The position numbers were made by a program, and so were the translations under genes. The notes under the pieces are model-generated. The model was not told the origin of the DNA. It worked only from the letters and a program-made list of their open reading frames with translations, and did no database searches. From Gekko japonicus (taxonomy: Eukaryota), in assembly GCF_001447785.1 (NCBI RefSeq), contig NW_015167097.1, positions 151,870 to 211,122 of the forward strand: a stretch of DNA of 59,253 bases, read 5' to 3'. Of the stretch, positions 12,863-24,888 are shown piece after piece; positions within the stretch are counted from its first letter, which is position 1; each line of letters opens with the position of its first letter.

Positions 12863-13155
12863 TGGCGGGAGGGAGAAAGAGTGAGAGACAGAGAAGCAGG
12901 GAGAGGGGGGGGAAAACAAAGTTGGGGGTAATGGAATGGCTGCCCCAACAAGTTTCTGTGGATACTTAAGTCCAGTGACTGAAGCTATGAATGTGCAGGA
13001 CAGATTTTTTTACAAACCTGAAAAATGCCCCAGATTTGCAGGCGAATGTGAAATTTAAAAAATAAACAAATTAATTGGAGGGGGGTTCAGTGGCTGTTGC
13101 TGGACTACCACTACTCTCCAGGCTTGATTCTATCAATGAAAAGCAAGGGGAGGGG

Positions 13156-13361
13156 CAGTGTTCCCTCTAAGCTGAGTTAGTGTGAGCTAGCTCACAGTTT
13201 TTTGGCCTCCAGCTCACAGATTTTTGTCTTAGCTCTGGAAGGATGGCTCCAGAGCAAACTAATTTATGTGGTAGCCAAATCACTTCCTCATAGCTTTAAT
13301 GTCAGTAGCTCACAAAGTAGAATTTTTGCTCACAAGACTCCACAGTTTAGAGGGAGTATTG
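13156..13361. mobile_element. hAT (Tip100/MER45-like) MITE
   Basis: TIRs CAGTGTTCCCTCTAA...TTAGAGGGAGTATTG; perfect 8-bp TSD GGGAGGGG at 13148-13155 and 13362-13369. Confidence 0.85.
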
Positions 13362-13432
13362 GGGAGGGGGCAAGATCCTTTCCAGCCGTATTTTAGCCTT
13401 TGAGGCTAGAATTCATTGGGGATAGGACTAGC

Positions 13433-13889
13433 TTGGGTTACCAGCTCCAGGATGGGAAGTTCCTGGAGATTTTTGTTGTGGATTCTGAGGAGGGCAGGGT
13501 TTGGGAAGGGAAGCTGGATAAAATGCCATAGAATCCACCCTCTAAAGCTGCCATTTTCTCCAGAAGAAGAGTTGGTTTTTATACCCTGCTTTTCTCTACC
13601 AGAAGGAGTCTCAAAGAGGCTTACAATCTCCTTCCCATCCGCTTCCCACAACAGTCCCCTTGTGAGGTAGGTCAGTCTGAGAGAGTACTGAGAGAACTGT
13701 AACTGGCCCAAGGTTGCCCAGCAGGCTTCATGTGTAGAAGTGAGGAATCAAACGTGGTTCTTCTGATTAGAATCTGCTTCTCTTAACCACTACACCACAC
13801 TAGCTCTCTTTCTCTCTGTCATCTGCCATCTGGAATTCAGTTGTAATTTCAGGAGATCTCCAGGTTCTACCTGGAGGTTGGCAACCCTA
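13433..13889. mobile_element. hAT-type MITE interrupted by a SINE
   Basis: TAGGGTTGCCA-family body resumes after the SINE at 13562-13808 and ends in TGGCAACCCTA. Confidence 0.7.
13562..13808 (-). mobile_element. Squam3-like tRNA-derived SINE
   Basis: Reverse complement of the copy at 47355-47632 (head ...taaccactacaccacact, tail gaagaagagttggtttttataccc). Confidence 0.75.
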
Positions 13890-13985
13890 TGCATGGCACC
13901 AACCTCTGGGCAACTTGATACCACCCAACTTTCATCAGTAAACTAGGCCCGACTACTTGCCACTCTTCAATTGCAGCCACCCTAT

Positions 13986-14212
13986 GAAAGCCAGTGTGGT
14001 GTAATGGTTAAAGTTTCAGAGTAGGATCTGGGAAACCCAGGTTTGAATCCCCATCTTGCAGTGGAAGCTCACTGGGTGAACTTGAACCCTAACCCTTACC
14101 TACCTCACAGGGTTGTTGTGCATATAAAAAGAAGGAGGAGAGAAACATGTAAGCTGCTTTGGTCCTCACTGTGGAGAAAGTTGGGGTACAAATGAAGTAA
14201 ATAAATAATAAA
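13986..14212 (+). mobile_element. Squam3/MIR-like SINE (older subfamily)
   Basis: agccagtgtggtgtaatggttaa head, ggtttgaatcccc B-box, cctacctcacagggttgttgtg core, (TAAA) tail. Confidence 0.65.
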
Positions 14213-14759
14213 TATAGCTGAAGATGGGAGGTAGATAAAAGGTAGTTTGGTGAATGGCTGATAATAATAATTATTATTGTATGGCAGTGGGTATAGTATA
14301 GACAGGAGATCTGAAGATTGCCTGGCAGCCTGAAACTCTAGCTCTTTTTGTGGCAAGCTAGGTTTATTTTTTGGGCTGAGAGAACTGTGACGGACCCAAG
14401 CTCACCCAGCTGGTTTCATGTGGAGGAGTGGAAAATCAAACCCAGTTCTCCAGATTGAAGTCTGCCACTCTTAACCACTACACCAAACTGGCTGAAAAGG
14501 AGAGAATGAGGCAGGGAAAGGAGAGAGGATATGGGGATTGCCAGGGGGAGGGGAAAAGGAAATAGTGTGGGGAGAAGGATACAGGGAAAAGTGAGGTGCC
14601 ACTCCACAAGTCCTTGAGAGTTCCTACCAAGCAAGTGGCCTGGCCCAGTGGCCAGCAGCACATAACTGCACCACAGTGTTCCTAGGTAGAGGCTGCTGTG
14701 GGGGGAAGCTTAAGACAGAGCGGTAGATAAAGATAGGTTGGCTATTGTTGGGAAAGAGA

Positions 14760-15078
14760 TAGGGTTGTAAACTCCAGATCAGGAAATTCCTGGAGATTTG
14801 GGGGGGAGTAGACCCTGGAGATGGTGTGGTTTGAGGAAGGGAGGGTAAAATGCCATAGACTCCATCCTCCAAAGCAGTCATTTTCTCCAGGGGAACCCAG
14901 AATTACAGCTGATCTCCAGATGAAAGAGATCTGTTCCCCCAGATAAAATGGCTGCTTTTGTGGCTGGACTCTACGGTATTATACCCTGTTGAGGTTGCTT
15001 CCCTCCCGAAACCTTGCCTTCCCAAGGCTCCACCCCCAAATATCCAGTAATTTCCCAACCTGAAGCTGGAAACTCTTT
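14760..15078. mobile_element. Two oppositely oriented partial hAT MITE bodies (composite inverted structure)
   Basis: 14760-14900 and 14905-15078 are mutual reverse complements of the same MITE body (ccaaagcagtcattttctccagggg / ccccagataaaatggctgctttt). Confidence 0.55.
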
Positions 15079-15563
15079 GGTAGTGACCAAGAGTATCTTT
15101 TATCAGCTCCATCTAGTTAATCAGTTCTCTCCTGATTCATGCTTTTGTAACCTTGTGGTTGGATTACTATGTGGTGCCTTTGAAGACAACCTAAAAACTG
15201 CAGCTGATTAAGAATGCAGCAGTGGCTAGCCGAGAGGAATGTATCTTGCCAATCTGATTTGACGCCAATACATGCCCTTTAAAACCCTTCATAGCCTAGG
15301 ACCCATATAAGTCTACTATATGTCTACTACAACAGACAAAACCCCCGGGGGGGGGACTCAACCCAAGATGTGGCTGTGATATATGAGGGTCAAGCTAACA
15401 AAATAAGTTATTATAAAAATACAAATATTTATTATGGTGTACACATAAGTAAAAGATAAAATAGGTTAAAAGAAATGATCCAAATATCAGACTCTTAAAT
15501 CTTTTTACTCACAGAGGTGAAAGTTTTACATATACAATTGATGGGTATATCTTATGACCAGTA

Positions 15564-15605
15564 GACCAGACACATTTCGGCCCCTTAGGGCCTTCCTCAG
15601 TGGTC
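15564..15605 (-). ncRNA. Minimal type I hammerhead ribozyme motif
   Basis: Minus strand reads GACCA-CUGAGGA-A-GGCCC-UAAG-GGGCC-GAAA-UGU-GUC-UGGUC: stem I GACCA/UGGUC, catalytic CUGANGA, 5-bp stem II, GAAA, vestigial stem III, GUC cleavage triplet (C at 15569). Confidence 0.75.
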
Positions 15606-15830
15606 AATATTACTATTGTAAAACAACACACATCCAGAAATAAATATATGCACAAAGAATTTCTTTAGAGCCAAATGTTGCTTTTTGGAATTGTCAAAAG
15701 GGAGAGAAAAAAGCCAAATTATTACATATCAATGGCACATAATAAATGCACATAATAGTAAATTTTAAAATACCAGCATTTTTTTGCTGTTGTTATCCCA
15801 TGTGATGTGCAATTGCTAAAAGTTTACATA

Positions 15831-16343
15831 GGCCCCAGTCACAGGGGCCAGATAACGCAGGGGGGAGGCGTGGCTGTTTGCCCTGGAGAACAATAAAGCG
15901 CGGTAGCCCAATCACACGGTCCCCTGAGTCTCTGTGCCTAGGCTGTTAGCTGGCGATCACACAGCGATGCTGCAGCGTGGCAAAGAAGCGGCGCAGCACA
16001 ATCACACAAGCGTTTCGGTGCAGTGCCACGGAGCAGCACTGCTTTCAGTTTCATGTTTGCGCGCATGTGCTTAAGAAAAACATCCGGTTTGCAACGGGAC
16101 GTGGACAGGCGGCAGATGCCACAGGATACTAGTGCTCCCGCGATTAGATGCCCGCCTATGCCACGCATTTCCCGGATACTAGTGCACTTTCCTTGGTACT
16201 TTTTAACTCCGCACCTTCGATGGGACGCCACGGGTTGGCCACGGGTGCGCTACGCTTCCCAGATGTTGCGGTGTGATCACGCCCTGAAAAGCCGCCCAAC
16301 ATTCATGCCTTTCGCGCAGCAAATTCTCCATGTGACCGGGGCC
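15831..16343. mobile_element. Complete Harbinger/PIF-like MITE (513 bp)
   Basis: TIRs GGCCCCAGTCACA...TGTGACCGGGGCC; 3-bp TSD ATA on both sides; CpG-rich; related copies at 1-198 and 35766-36290. Confidence 0.75.
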
Positions 16344-19300
16344 ATAGTAGGCCATGGATAATCTCTCATGGTAACTGCACATGCTCACCAAATTGTTCTA
16401 CATCAAAGTGGAAATTATATAATTGTTAGAATTTATAAATAGTACAGTTATACAAACAATTTTTAGCCATAGAGTATTTAGCTATAGAGGACAATATCAC
16501 CCCAATGAAAGGATTTATACCATCTTCGGAGACCATCTTGTTTGTATGGAGCACTTTATTCTTGTTTTGTTGTTATTTAATGGTTTTACTGTTTTATCCT
16601 GTTTTTATGTATGGGCTTGTGCCCTCTTGTAAGCCACCCTGAGCCCGTTCGCGGGGAGGGCGGGGTAAAAATGTTAACAATAAAAAAATAAATAATAAAT
16701 TACCCAACCAATCTGGTAACAAATATCCAATGTGTCTGGATGTGTGTCTCTTCCATCAACAGTAGTAATCAAGTTGCATACGGCTAATGTTACATCAATA
16801 TATAGTAGGACCCAGGAATGATGCAACCACCCACATGCATTGCATAATACTGTTGCCAAGGGAGGGATTTTTTTATATTCCATAGTGGGTAGGGGGTAAG
16901 GAGGGGAGAGAAAGCAAAAAGAAGGGGGGGGGAAATCACAAGGTCAGCACTACCAAATACAGAATGACAGGTATACATTTTCTCAAAAGCAGCAGGTCCA
17001 GTCAAACTGGCTCTCAGTACAATATAGTACAATAACGGCAAACCACCCTGATCTATGTTATAGAAAAGTAGGTCTTGTTCATATGGACACCTCTATGACA
17101 GAAATTCAACAGAAGCATGAAGATACAGCGAAGGAAAGGATTGTTCAACTATGAACTGATGAACTGCATCATGCCTCTTCCGCAGTGTATTTTTATGTCA
17201 GATAAAGTGTCTTTGAGACATTTTTTATGTATGTTGTTAACAGAACCAAAAGTGAAGAGAGCCATTTTAAAATAAATTGTTCAGTTTTAGCCAATGAGAG
17301 TTGGATGAAGTTTTACAGAGGAAAGGTAATGCAACATTAAAGCAGCATTTGCATGTTTCTTGTGAAAGCAACACCCATATAACACTGCCACCCCACCACC
17401 AATTTGGGGCAATTTTGCAGTGTCTTACAATTGCCATGGGCAGGGAAGAGGGAGTGTAGGTGACAAGAAGCCTGGGTGTCAATGTGAGGTTCACATTTAG
17501 ATGTGGAGACTTGTAGCTCTACTGGTGCCCTGGCTGGGCTGAGGTGGACTACTGCAAGCTTGTTGCAATCACTGCTGAGGACAAGGGAGGCTGTTAACCC
17601 TGACATGCTCATTCCCACACCCACGTCTTTAGAGGAAGACTTTTACCTTTAATCTGCAGCACTCTTTTAAGGCAAAGTGAAAATCTCCAGCTTTGTTGAT
17701 CTTGCTTCCAGGGAGGGCTTTGTTTGGCTGACAGACTTGCGAAATACTGCTGCTGTTAGCCAAGGTACTAAAAAGGGGGGTTGCTGACACAGCAATTTGG
17801 AGGAAGCTGGAGGAAGCTGGCTGTAGATACCCAATTTCTGTGGACCAAAGCGAGGGACTTTTGCTAACTGCTGGTAGCATGAGGGAGTTTAGCCGTTACA
17901 GCAAATACACGTACATCCTGCCTGTATGTGTGCACATCGGTTTGTGAGCAAGAAAAATGCATGTTCACCTTATAGATGAAACTGGGGACCATTACCTGGG
18001 TAAATGTGGGGGTTTGTATTATGCATTCAGCTGTACATGTGTTGACTGTAACATGAGAATTGCTCAACACACATGCAAAGAACAATCAAGTGTAACTGTA
18101 TGTGTATTCACTGCAACTTGTGAACAGGGCTACTGGTAGCTTGGAAACTGTACAAATATAATGAAGGAGCTAGTTGAGGGTGAAGTCTTGCTAGGGGGGA
18201 TTGTGTTCTGGTTTCTTTATTTCTAATTACAGTAACTTCTGCTAGTCCCATACATGTCAATGATGTGACAACTTGACTGGGTCAAGTTAAAAGTTCTGTC
18301 AGGTTAAATGCACATGAATGTGTTGTGGGGGAACTTAGCACTGGTTCTTCTTGTACCTTTATTTAAAAAGCTATGATATAAATGTATACGTGTAATATGT
18401 CATTCACATATTAAAAATCAAGTGAAGTGAAAGGCCTCTGCTTGAGACCCTGGAGCGCTGCTGCCAGTCTGAATAGACAATACTGACCTTGATTCAATGT
18501 AAGACAGCTTCATGTGTGTTGAATAATGATTTTTACAAACTTTTTTTTAAGTCCCAAGACTACTCTGGGCATTTTGGTGTATTTTACTCATGGGCACCAT
18601 TCAATAATTTTTGGCAACAAACAGTCCTAAACTGCAACAGTGGCCATGTTTTAGTTCCAGTTCCATGTTTTAGGGCAAAACTCAAAGAACAACACTGCAA
18701 CATGCAACTGGTTTCATTTATCAGTCATTGAATGAATTATTAATAAACAAAGGACTTGATATCCTATGGGCCATTGAAGTCAATGGCGAAAACATAGGGT
18801 ATATTCTGGGGGCTGGAGGAGAGGGGGTTTGAGGGAAAGGCCCCGAAATCGCAGGGTAGCTGCTGGAGCCTCTCCCCAAGATACCCGCCATGTTTCAGGA
18901 ACATTGAACCAGGGAGTCCAATTCTACGGGCCCCCAAACAGGTTGCCCCCATCCCCTCGCCTCCTTCCCTCCTGCCTGCTATGGCTGCATAATTGTGAGA
19001 GATTTCTTAACATAGTGTTCCTGCCAGGGAAGCTGGGGACCCTGCCCATGAGTCTCCATTTCATCCTCACAACAACCCTGTGGGGTAGGTTAGGTAGAGA
19101 AGGGGAGATTTGGCCCGGGGTCACTCAGCCAGCAGAGTGAGAATACAAACCTGGGTCTCCCCACATCAATCTGCAACTCTGACCACTGTGCAGTGCTGCC
19201 TCTACTGATCTGTAATGTTCCAGAGGTGTTGTAATGTAATACTCAGTTTCTCAAACGAGTGTATGCCTGTCTGTTGGTCCACTTAGGAGTCTTGATCCTG

Positions 19301-19425
19301 GTTGTGTGGTGGGCTAGTTGTGGCAAATGGTAGGGAAGCTCAGTATTTCTGTATACAGTTGTAGGGGCTTTATTGCAATGTGCTATGGCCTGATATTATG
19401 TTCTTATTCCAGTGTGGAGTGTGTG

Positions 19426-19582
19426 NNNNNNNNNNNNNNNNNNNNNNNNNNNNNNNNNNNNNNNNNNNNNNNNNNNNNNNNNNNNNNNNNNNNNNNNNNN
19501 NNNNNNNNNNNNNNNNNNNNNNNNNNNNNNNNNNNNNNNNNNNNNNNNNNNNNNNNNNNNNNNNNNNNNNNNNNNNNNNNNN
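19426..19582. other. Assembly gap (N run); further gaps at 21211-21220, 25216-26086, 26229-26651 and 45874-45931
   Basis: Direct observation of N runs. Confidence 0.99.
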
Positions 19583-20597
19583 GCGTGGAACAGGGGTCAC
19601 TGGTGTGTGTGTGGGGTATTGGTGAATTTCCTGCATTGTGCAGGGGGTTGATGACCCTGGAGGTCTATGATTCTACAATTCACCCAGGCTGGCTGTGGGC
19701 ACGCCAGCACCTCTGTCAGGCAGAAGCGCCTGAGATCCTCCCCCTCCCCTTTTCCTTCACCAGACTTGGAGGTGAAGGGAAGGGAGAGGGGGGAAAGAAT
19801 GGATCCCAGGTGCTCCTGCCTGACAGAGAGGCTGGTGCACACTTCCGGTGATGTCAGGGGGTGTGGCATATGCTAATAAGTTATGCTAATGAGCTCCTGC
19901 AGCTCTTTTTCTACGAAATGACCCCTGCATGTAACTATTATGTTCAGCTGAAACCTCGTTTGCTCTGTCCCCCCCCCCCTTTTTGTGGTAAGTATTTCCT
20001 TTTGTTATGTTTACATCATGACTGCAACAAAAATCCTTTCAAAAACTGGGCAAAGAAAACCAAGAATGGAGATACTGAAGTCCTGTGACTACAACCACAA
20101 AATCATGTCCAACCACATCCCATTCTATACCTTTCCAGTAGCAACTTGATATATTTATATAGAAGCATTGTCAAATTCTACACCTACTCACCAGTGATAA
20201 AGGGCAAGTACAATAGGCAACTTTTCTTTTCAGTATTGGGGCTCAAAATATTATGTGGGAACCACCCCCTGCATATTTCTCATGGTGGCTCACTGCTGTT
20301 TGTATCAACAGCTGCTTTGGTACATTAACCTCATTCTAAATTAGTTTCATTTCCCCTCCATGATATTGCATATAGACATATCAGGTATGCCTGGCCCCCT
20401 CTTTTTTGATCTTTAGGAGACAGCTTAATATGGTTTTATTTAGGACCACATTTGGTTAAATTTACTAGCAGTCATGAATTATGGTTTTAAATTTTGTTTC
20501 TTATGTTTTAAAATTTATATTATGCATTTTATCTATGTTGTAGGTTGCCTTGAGCTGCCTAAGGAAGAAAGGTAGCTAATAAATGTTTTAAATTATA

Positions 20598-22093
20598 GTC
20601 AAGTCAAGTGAGCCTTTATTGGCATAAATTATCAGAACCATTTATACATTTTAAAACCAGTTAAAAGCACATATATAAGAATTCTAAAAGAACCTTTGGC
20701 GCAGCTTTAAAGCCAAACAGAGAAACTTAGCCACCTTCTCAGTAATATCCAGGCAGAGATCTCTTAAAAGTCTGTTCACCTTAAGAGCATCAGAACAAAC
20801 ACCCATACTGGTTAAAAGAGATTGTAAATATGTGATCCTTATGTCCATGTACAGGTTACAATGCAGGAGAACATGAGTGATAGATTCCATGCATTTCTTT
20901 CTGCATGGGCAGTATCTGGCCAGCTGAGGAACCTTATTGAATCTGCCAAATAAGATGGCGGACGGCATGACATTGCATCTGGCCAGGGTGAACACTCTAC
21001 GTTGTTGAGGGACCTGCAGGGAGGATAAATACGTAGCCATCATCCCTGTTGTAAGGAGAATCTCAAAATTCAAGGGGGAGCAGGTTTTATTAGCTAAACT
21101 ATATAAATTTTGGCGCTCCGAGTCTAACAATCTGTTTTTAATCTGTTGGAATGCAGCCGCAAAAGGCAACATGGACAGGGATTCCAAAGAGAGACCCAAT
21201 ACTTTGATTTNNNNNNNNNNTGGTCAAAAGCTCTAATCCAGATTGGAATGCCGTACAATAACTGGGAGCTCACTTTGGACCTAAAAATTTTGGTTGCAGC
21301 TGGCACAAATTGGTTGCCCCTGCGGTAAAAGAAACGTACTATGGCCGATGCACTAGCACTGGCAAGCTTCACCGCATGTTTGCGATGGGTAGACCACATT
21401 GCATTATATTGAAAATGAATGCCTAAATATTTGTATTCTTTGACTTGCTCTATTACTTTACCATTGATGGACCAATGGTATAATCTCCACTTTTTGGAGA
21501 ACACCAGGATTTTGGATTTATCATAGTTAAGCTGAAGCTTGTAGTTGGTAAAGAAAGCAATACAGCGAGACAACAAACGTCTCAGCCCAACTTTAGAGTG
21601 GGGTAACAACACTGTGTCATCAGCATAGAGTAATACAGGAACATGTGTTTTCCCCAGTTTGGGACTGTGACAATCAGAATCAGAGAGCTGGGCCGCAAGA
21701 TCGTTAAGAAAGATGTTGAATAGAAAGGTTTGAATAGAAAGATTGTTTGTGGCAATCTTAGGTGTCAGATTGCCTAATGGTGAGCATTTGATCTGACATG
21801 TATTGAGAGTATAAAGTTGTTTGATAAGTAAAAGGAGTCTCTTGTCCAAATTTAACTGGTCAAGTTTGGACCAAAGGAGGTCCCTGTCAACTGAATCAAA
21901 TGCCCCCTTGAGGTCCAGAAAGGCTACAAAAAGTTTCTGGTTGCTCCGTACAGTATGGATGTCAACAAGGTGGGATAAAGTGATACAATGATCTAAGGTG
22001 GTCTTCCCTTTACAGAACCCCAGCTGTTCGGGTCCTAAAAAATTTTCTTGTAACATCCAAGAGTTGAGCTTAACCAATAGGTGTTTGGAATAT
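20598..22093 (-). mobile_element. 5'-truncated non-LTR retrotransposon (RTE-X/L2-like LINE) with reverse transcriptase domain
   Basis: ORF 21124-22077 has RT motifs (EQLGFCKG, FVAFLDLKGAFDSV, LLYADD, YKYLG); ORF 20684-21199 has a C-terminal CPC...ESITHVLLHC motif; AATAAA plus (ACTTG)n tail; 16-bp TSD AATGTTTTAAATTATA at 20582-20597 and 22094-22109. Clade assignment uncertain. Confidence 0.88.
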
Positions 22094-22239
22094 AATGTTT
22101 TAAATTATACATGACAATCACTCTTCCCAGGGGAAAAGGTGACTTGCAAACATATAACAGTGTTGCAGCAGCAGCAAATTACAAATAGGTTTGCCTTGGA
22201 GTGCCAACATTACCTCCATGCTATCTACTGAGACTGAAC

Positions 22240-22830
22240 GAGATCTTGGGGTTGTTGGGGATGGGGAAAGCTTGATGAAAATGTTGACCTAGGGTGTGGT
22301 AGCAGTGAAAAAGAAAAACTCTGAACTAGGAATTATCAGGAAAGGGACTGACAATTAAACAACCAATATTGTAATACCTTTATATAAAGTAAGGTGCAGT
22401 CTCATTTGCAATACTGTGTGCAGTTCTGGTTGCCATATCTCAAAAAGGACATTGCAGTGCTGGAAAAATATACAAAGAAGGATAACCAGGATGATTAGAG
22501 TGCTGGAGTACCTTTCCTATTAGGAAAGGCTGAAGAGTGGGACTTTGCAGTCTAGAAAAAAGCTAAGGGGAGACATGATAGAGGCTTATGAAATTGTGTG
22601 TAGGGCGGAGAATGTTACTAGAGGGAGCTTGTTCTCCCTGTCCCATAATGCTAGGATAGAGGCTTATGAAATTGTGTGTAGGGTGGAGAATGTTACTAGA
22701 GGGAGCTTGAACTCATGGGCACCCAATGAAATTGTTGGCAAATAGGCTCAGGACAGACAAAAAGAAATACTGCTTTATTCAAAGAGTACTTAAACTGTGG
22801 AATTCACTCCCAGTGATGGCCATGAATATA
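22240..22830 (+). mobile_element. CR1 LINE 3' fragment, degenerate
   Basis: Typical CR1 3' ORF2 remnants (tactgtgtgcagttctgg, aaaaaggacatt, ggagacatgatagag, tgtggaattcactccc). Confidence 0.75.
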
Positions 22831-23909
22831 GGTCCATTCCACATATGTACTTTACCTTGGATAAATCGTGTTACAGCATTTCTAATTTTTTGTTCTGCAA
22901 GTCAGATCACTGTTTTTGTGTGTGTCAGAGTACTTACAGTCCGATTTCATTTTCAAGCTGATTGCCTCAGCTTGTTTCCATGTGCGAAACATTTGAATTA
23001 TTATTTTTCGCAGCAGTGATCTCTGCCCCCTTTGAACATCCTCCTCTGTATCCATGCCCCTTTCTACCTTTTCCATCCCACTTCCCTTCCCCCTTCATCC
23101 CCACTCCTCTCTGGTACACATTATTTTTAGTTATAATGGAGATTACTCTGAGCCACTGAATAATTGACCACACCATTGAGTGGACCCTGTGACTTTCTTT
23201 GACCTAGATACCTACTTGAAACACCTCACAATGGATGGTAAACATCCATGTCTTGGACATTTATGCTTGATTTGTTAGCTCAACTTTCCCTTTGTACTTA
23301 GTGTACTGAATTCCATGTCTCAAAAGTAACAAATAAACCCACATACATATTTACTTTTCTATGTGGTTGAGCTAGTTCTCTGGTTAGTCTAGAGTGGAAG
23401 TAAAGAACCAACGAAAAAACAGGACCTTGTCACTGGCACCCAAATCTCTAAACAATTCACTTTTAAGAATGATTTCCTGTAAGATTTGCTAAAGTTTGGG
23501 GAACACTCCTGGATCCTGCCCTGCTACTTGAAAAACAGGTAATGGAGGTATCCTGGAGGACAGGAGGGCAAGAGGCAGTGGGTTTTTGTGCTTCCGCAAC
23601 CGGCTTCAAAGCTGGCTGCAAGAAGCAGGAAGACCAGCCTGGTGTGGTCGCCTCTTGGTCGAGCAGGCGGGGAGGGTGAGAGGATGTGGTGGGTCTTCGT
23701 GTTCTTGCAGCTGGCTTCAAAGCTGGCTGCGAAAGCAGGAAGACCTGGCCCTCCACTTGCCTCTTGACTTTCTAAAATGCCCAAGACTTCAAAAATTCTG
23801 GCTACGCTCCTGCTGCCATGGTGCTGACTGGGAGGTGAGCTTCCACAACTTTACTGGCTCCCAGTTTATTTCTGAGTCAGATTCAAAACGCAGGGACTTA
23901 CTCTCCCCC

Positions 23910-24885
23910 ACCCCATTTATTTATAGTTTTACCATCTTAACAACATTACTTAACGAATCATCATTACATATTTGTGAGTCACTATTACGTCGTGTTTTTC
24001 AGCCATACATACATTTTGTTCCATCTTTTTTCAAATAGACCTTGGTCTTTCCCTTGTAACATTAAGCTTAACCTGTCCATTTCTGCCATTGACAATAATT
24101 TTTCTATCAGTTCCTCCTTTGAGGGTATGTTGTCTGTTTTCCAACATTTAGCTAACATTATCCTTGCCGCAGTAAATATATATGTTGTTACATATACATT
24201 TTCTTTATTAACTGTTTCTGGGAGTATATTCAATAAACATATTTCTGGTAAAACTGGTATTTCTATTCCTATGATACCTTTTACTATATATATTTTATGC
24301 CAGTATTTTTGCATGCTTTCACACCTCCACCACATATGCAAGAACGTACCTACGGGTTTTTTTACATTTCGAACAATTTCTATTTGTTGTCGCATATCAT
24401 TTTGCTATTCTATCAGGTGTCCAGTGCCACCTGTGGAACATTTTATGTATGTTCTCTTTATATGGTATTGCTCTCATCAGTTTAACTGTATTCCTAATTT
24501 TGGACCATTGATCTATCTCCAAAAGTGTGTTCTAGGTCTTTCATCCAGGCCACCATAACCCCTTTTACTGTTTCATCTTGTAGACAGTCAGATAATAAGA
24601 AAGTATATAGCGTTTGTATACGTTTATCGCTTGAGGAGAGTCATATCTTGCCTAAATCATTATTATTGCTATAGAATCCTATTTTTCTATCCTTTATAAA
24701 TCTTGTCTTTAATTGAGCATTTTCTCGCCACGTAAGCCTAATATTCTGATCTGTCGGTTCTTCTGCTGTTCTTAGTCTATTATTTCTGTCTAAGAGCTTT
24801 TCATAAGTCACTCTGTTGTTATTATCAGTTAGCGACAGCATAATAAGAGCTTCCAAAGGTAATACCCATTTCGGAGTTCTAAGGT
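23910..24885 (-). mobile_element. L1-clade LINE ORF2 3' fragment, frameshifted
   Basis: GTFLHMWWRC zinc-knuckle remnant and AARIMLAKCWK motif in ORF 23985-24395; continuation in 24641-24925. Confidence 0.8.
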
Positions 24886-24888
24886 AGT

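Larger units (their letters stand above)
15330..17045 (-). mobile_element. Probable Penelope-like element terminal (pseudo-LTR) remnant, interrupted by later insertions
   Basis: Contains a minimal hammerhead motif typical of Penelope-like element pLTRs, followed on the minus strand by an AT-rich tract with AATAAA. No RT/GIY-YIG ORF visible; boundaries approximate. Confidence 0.4.
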
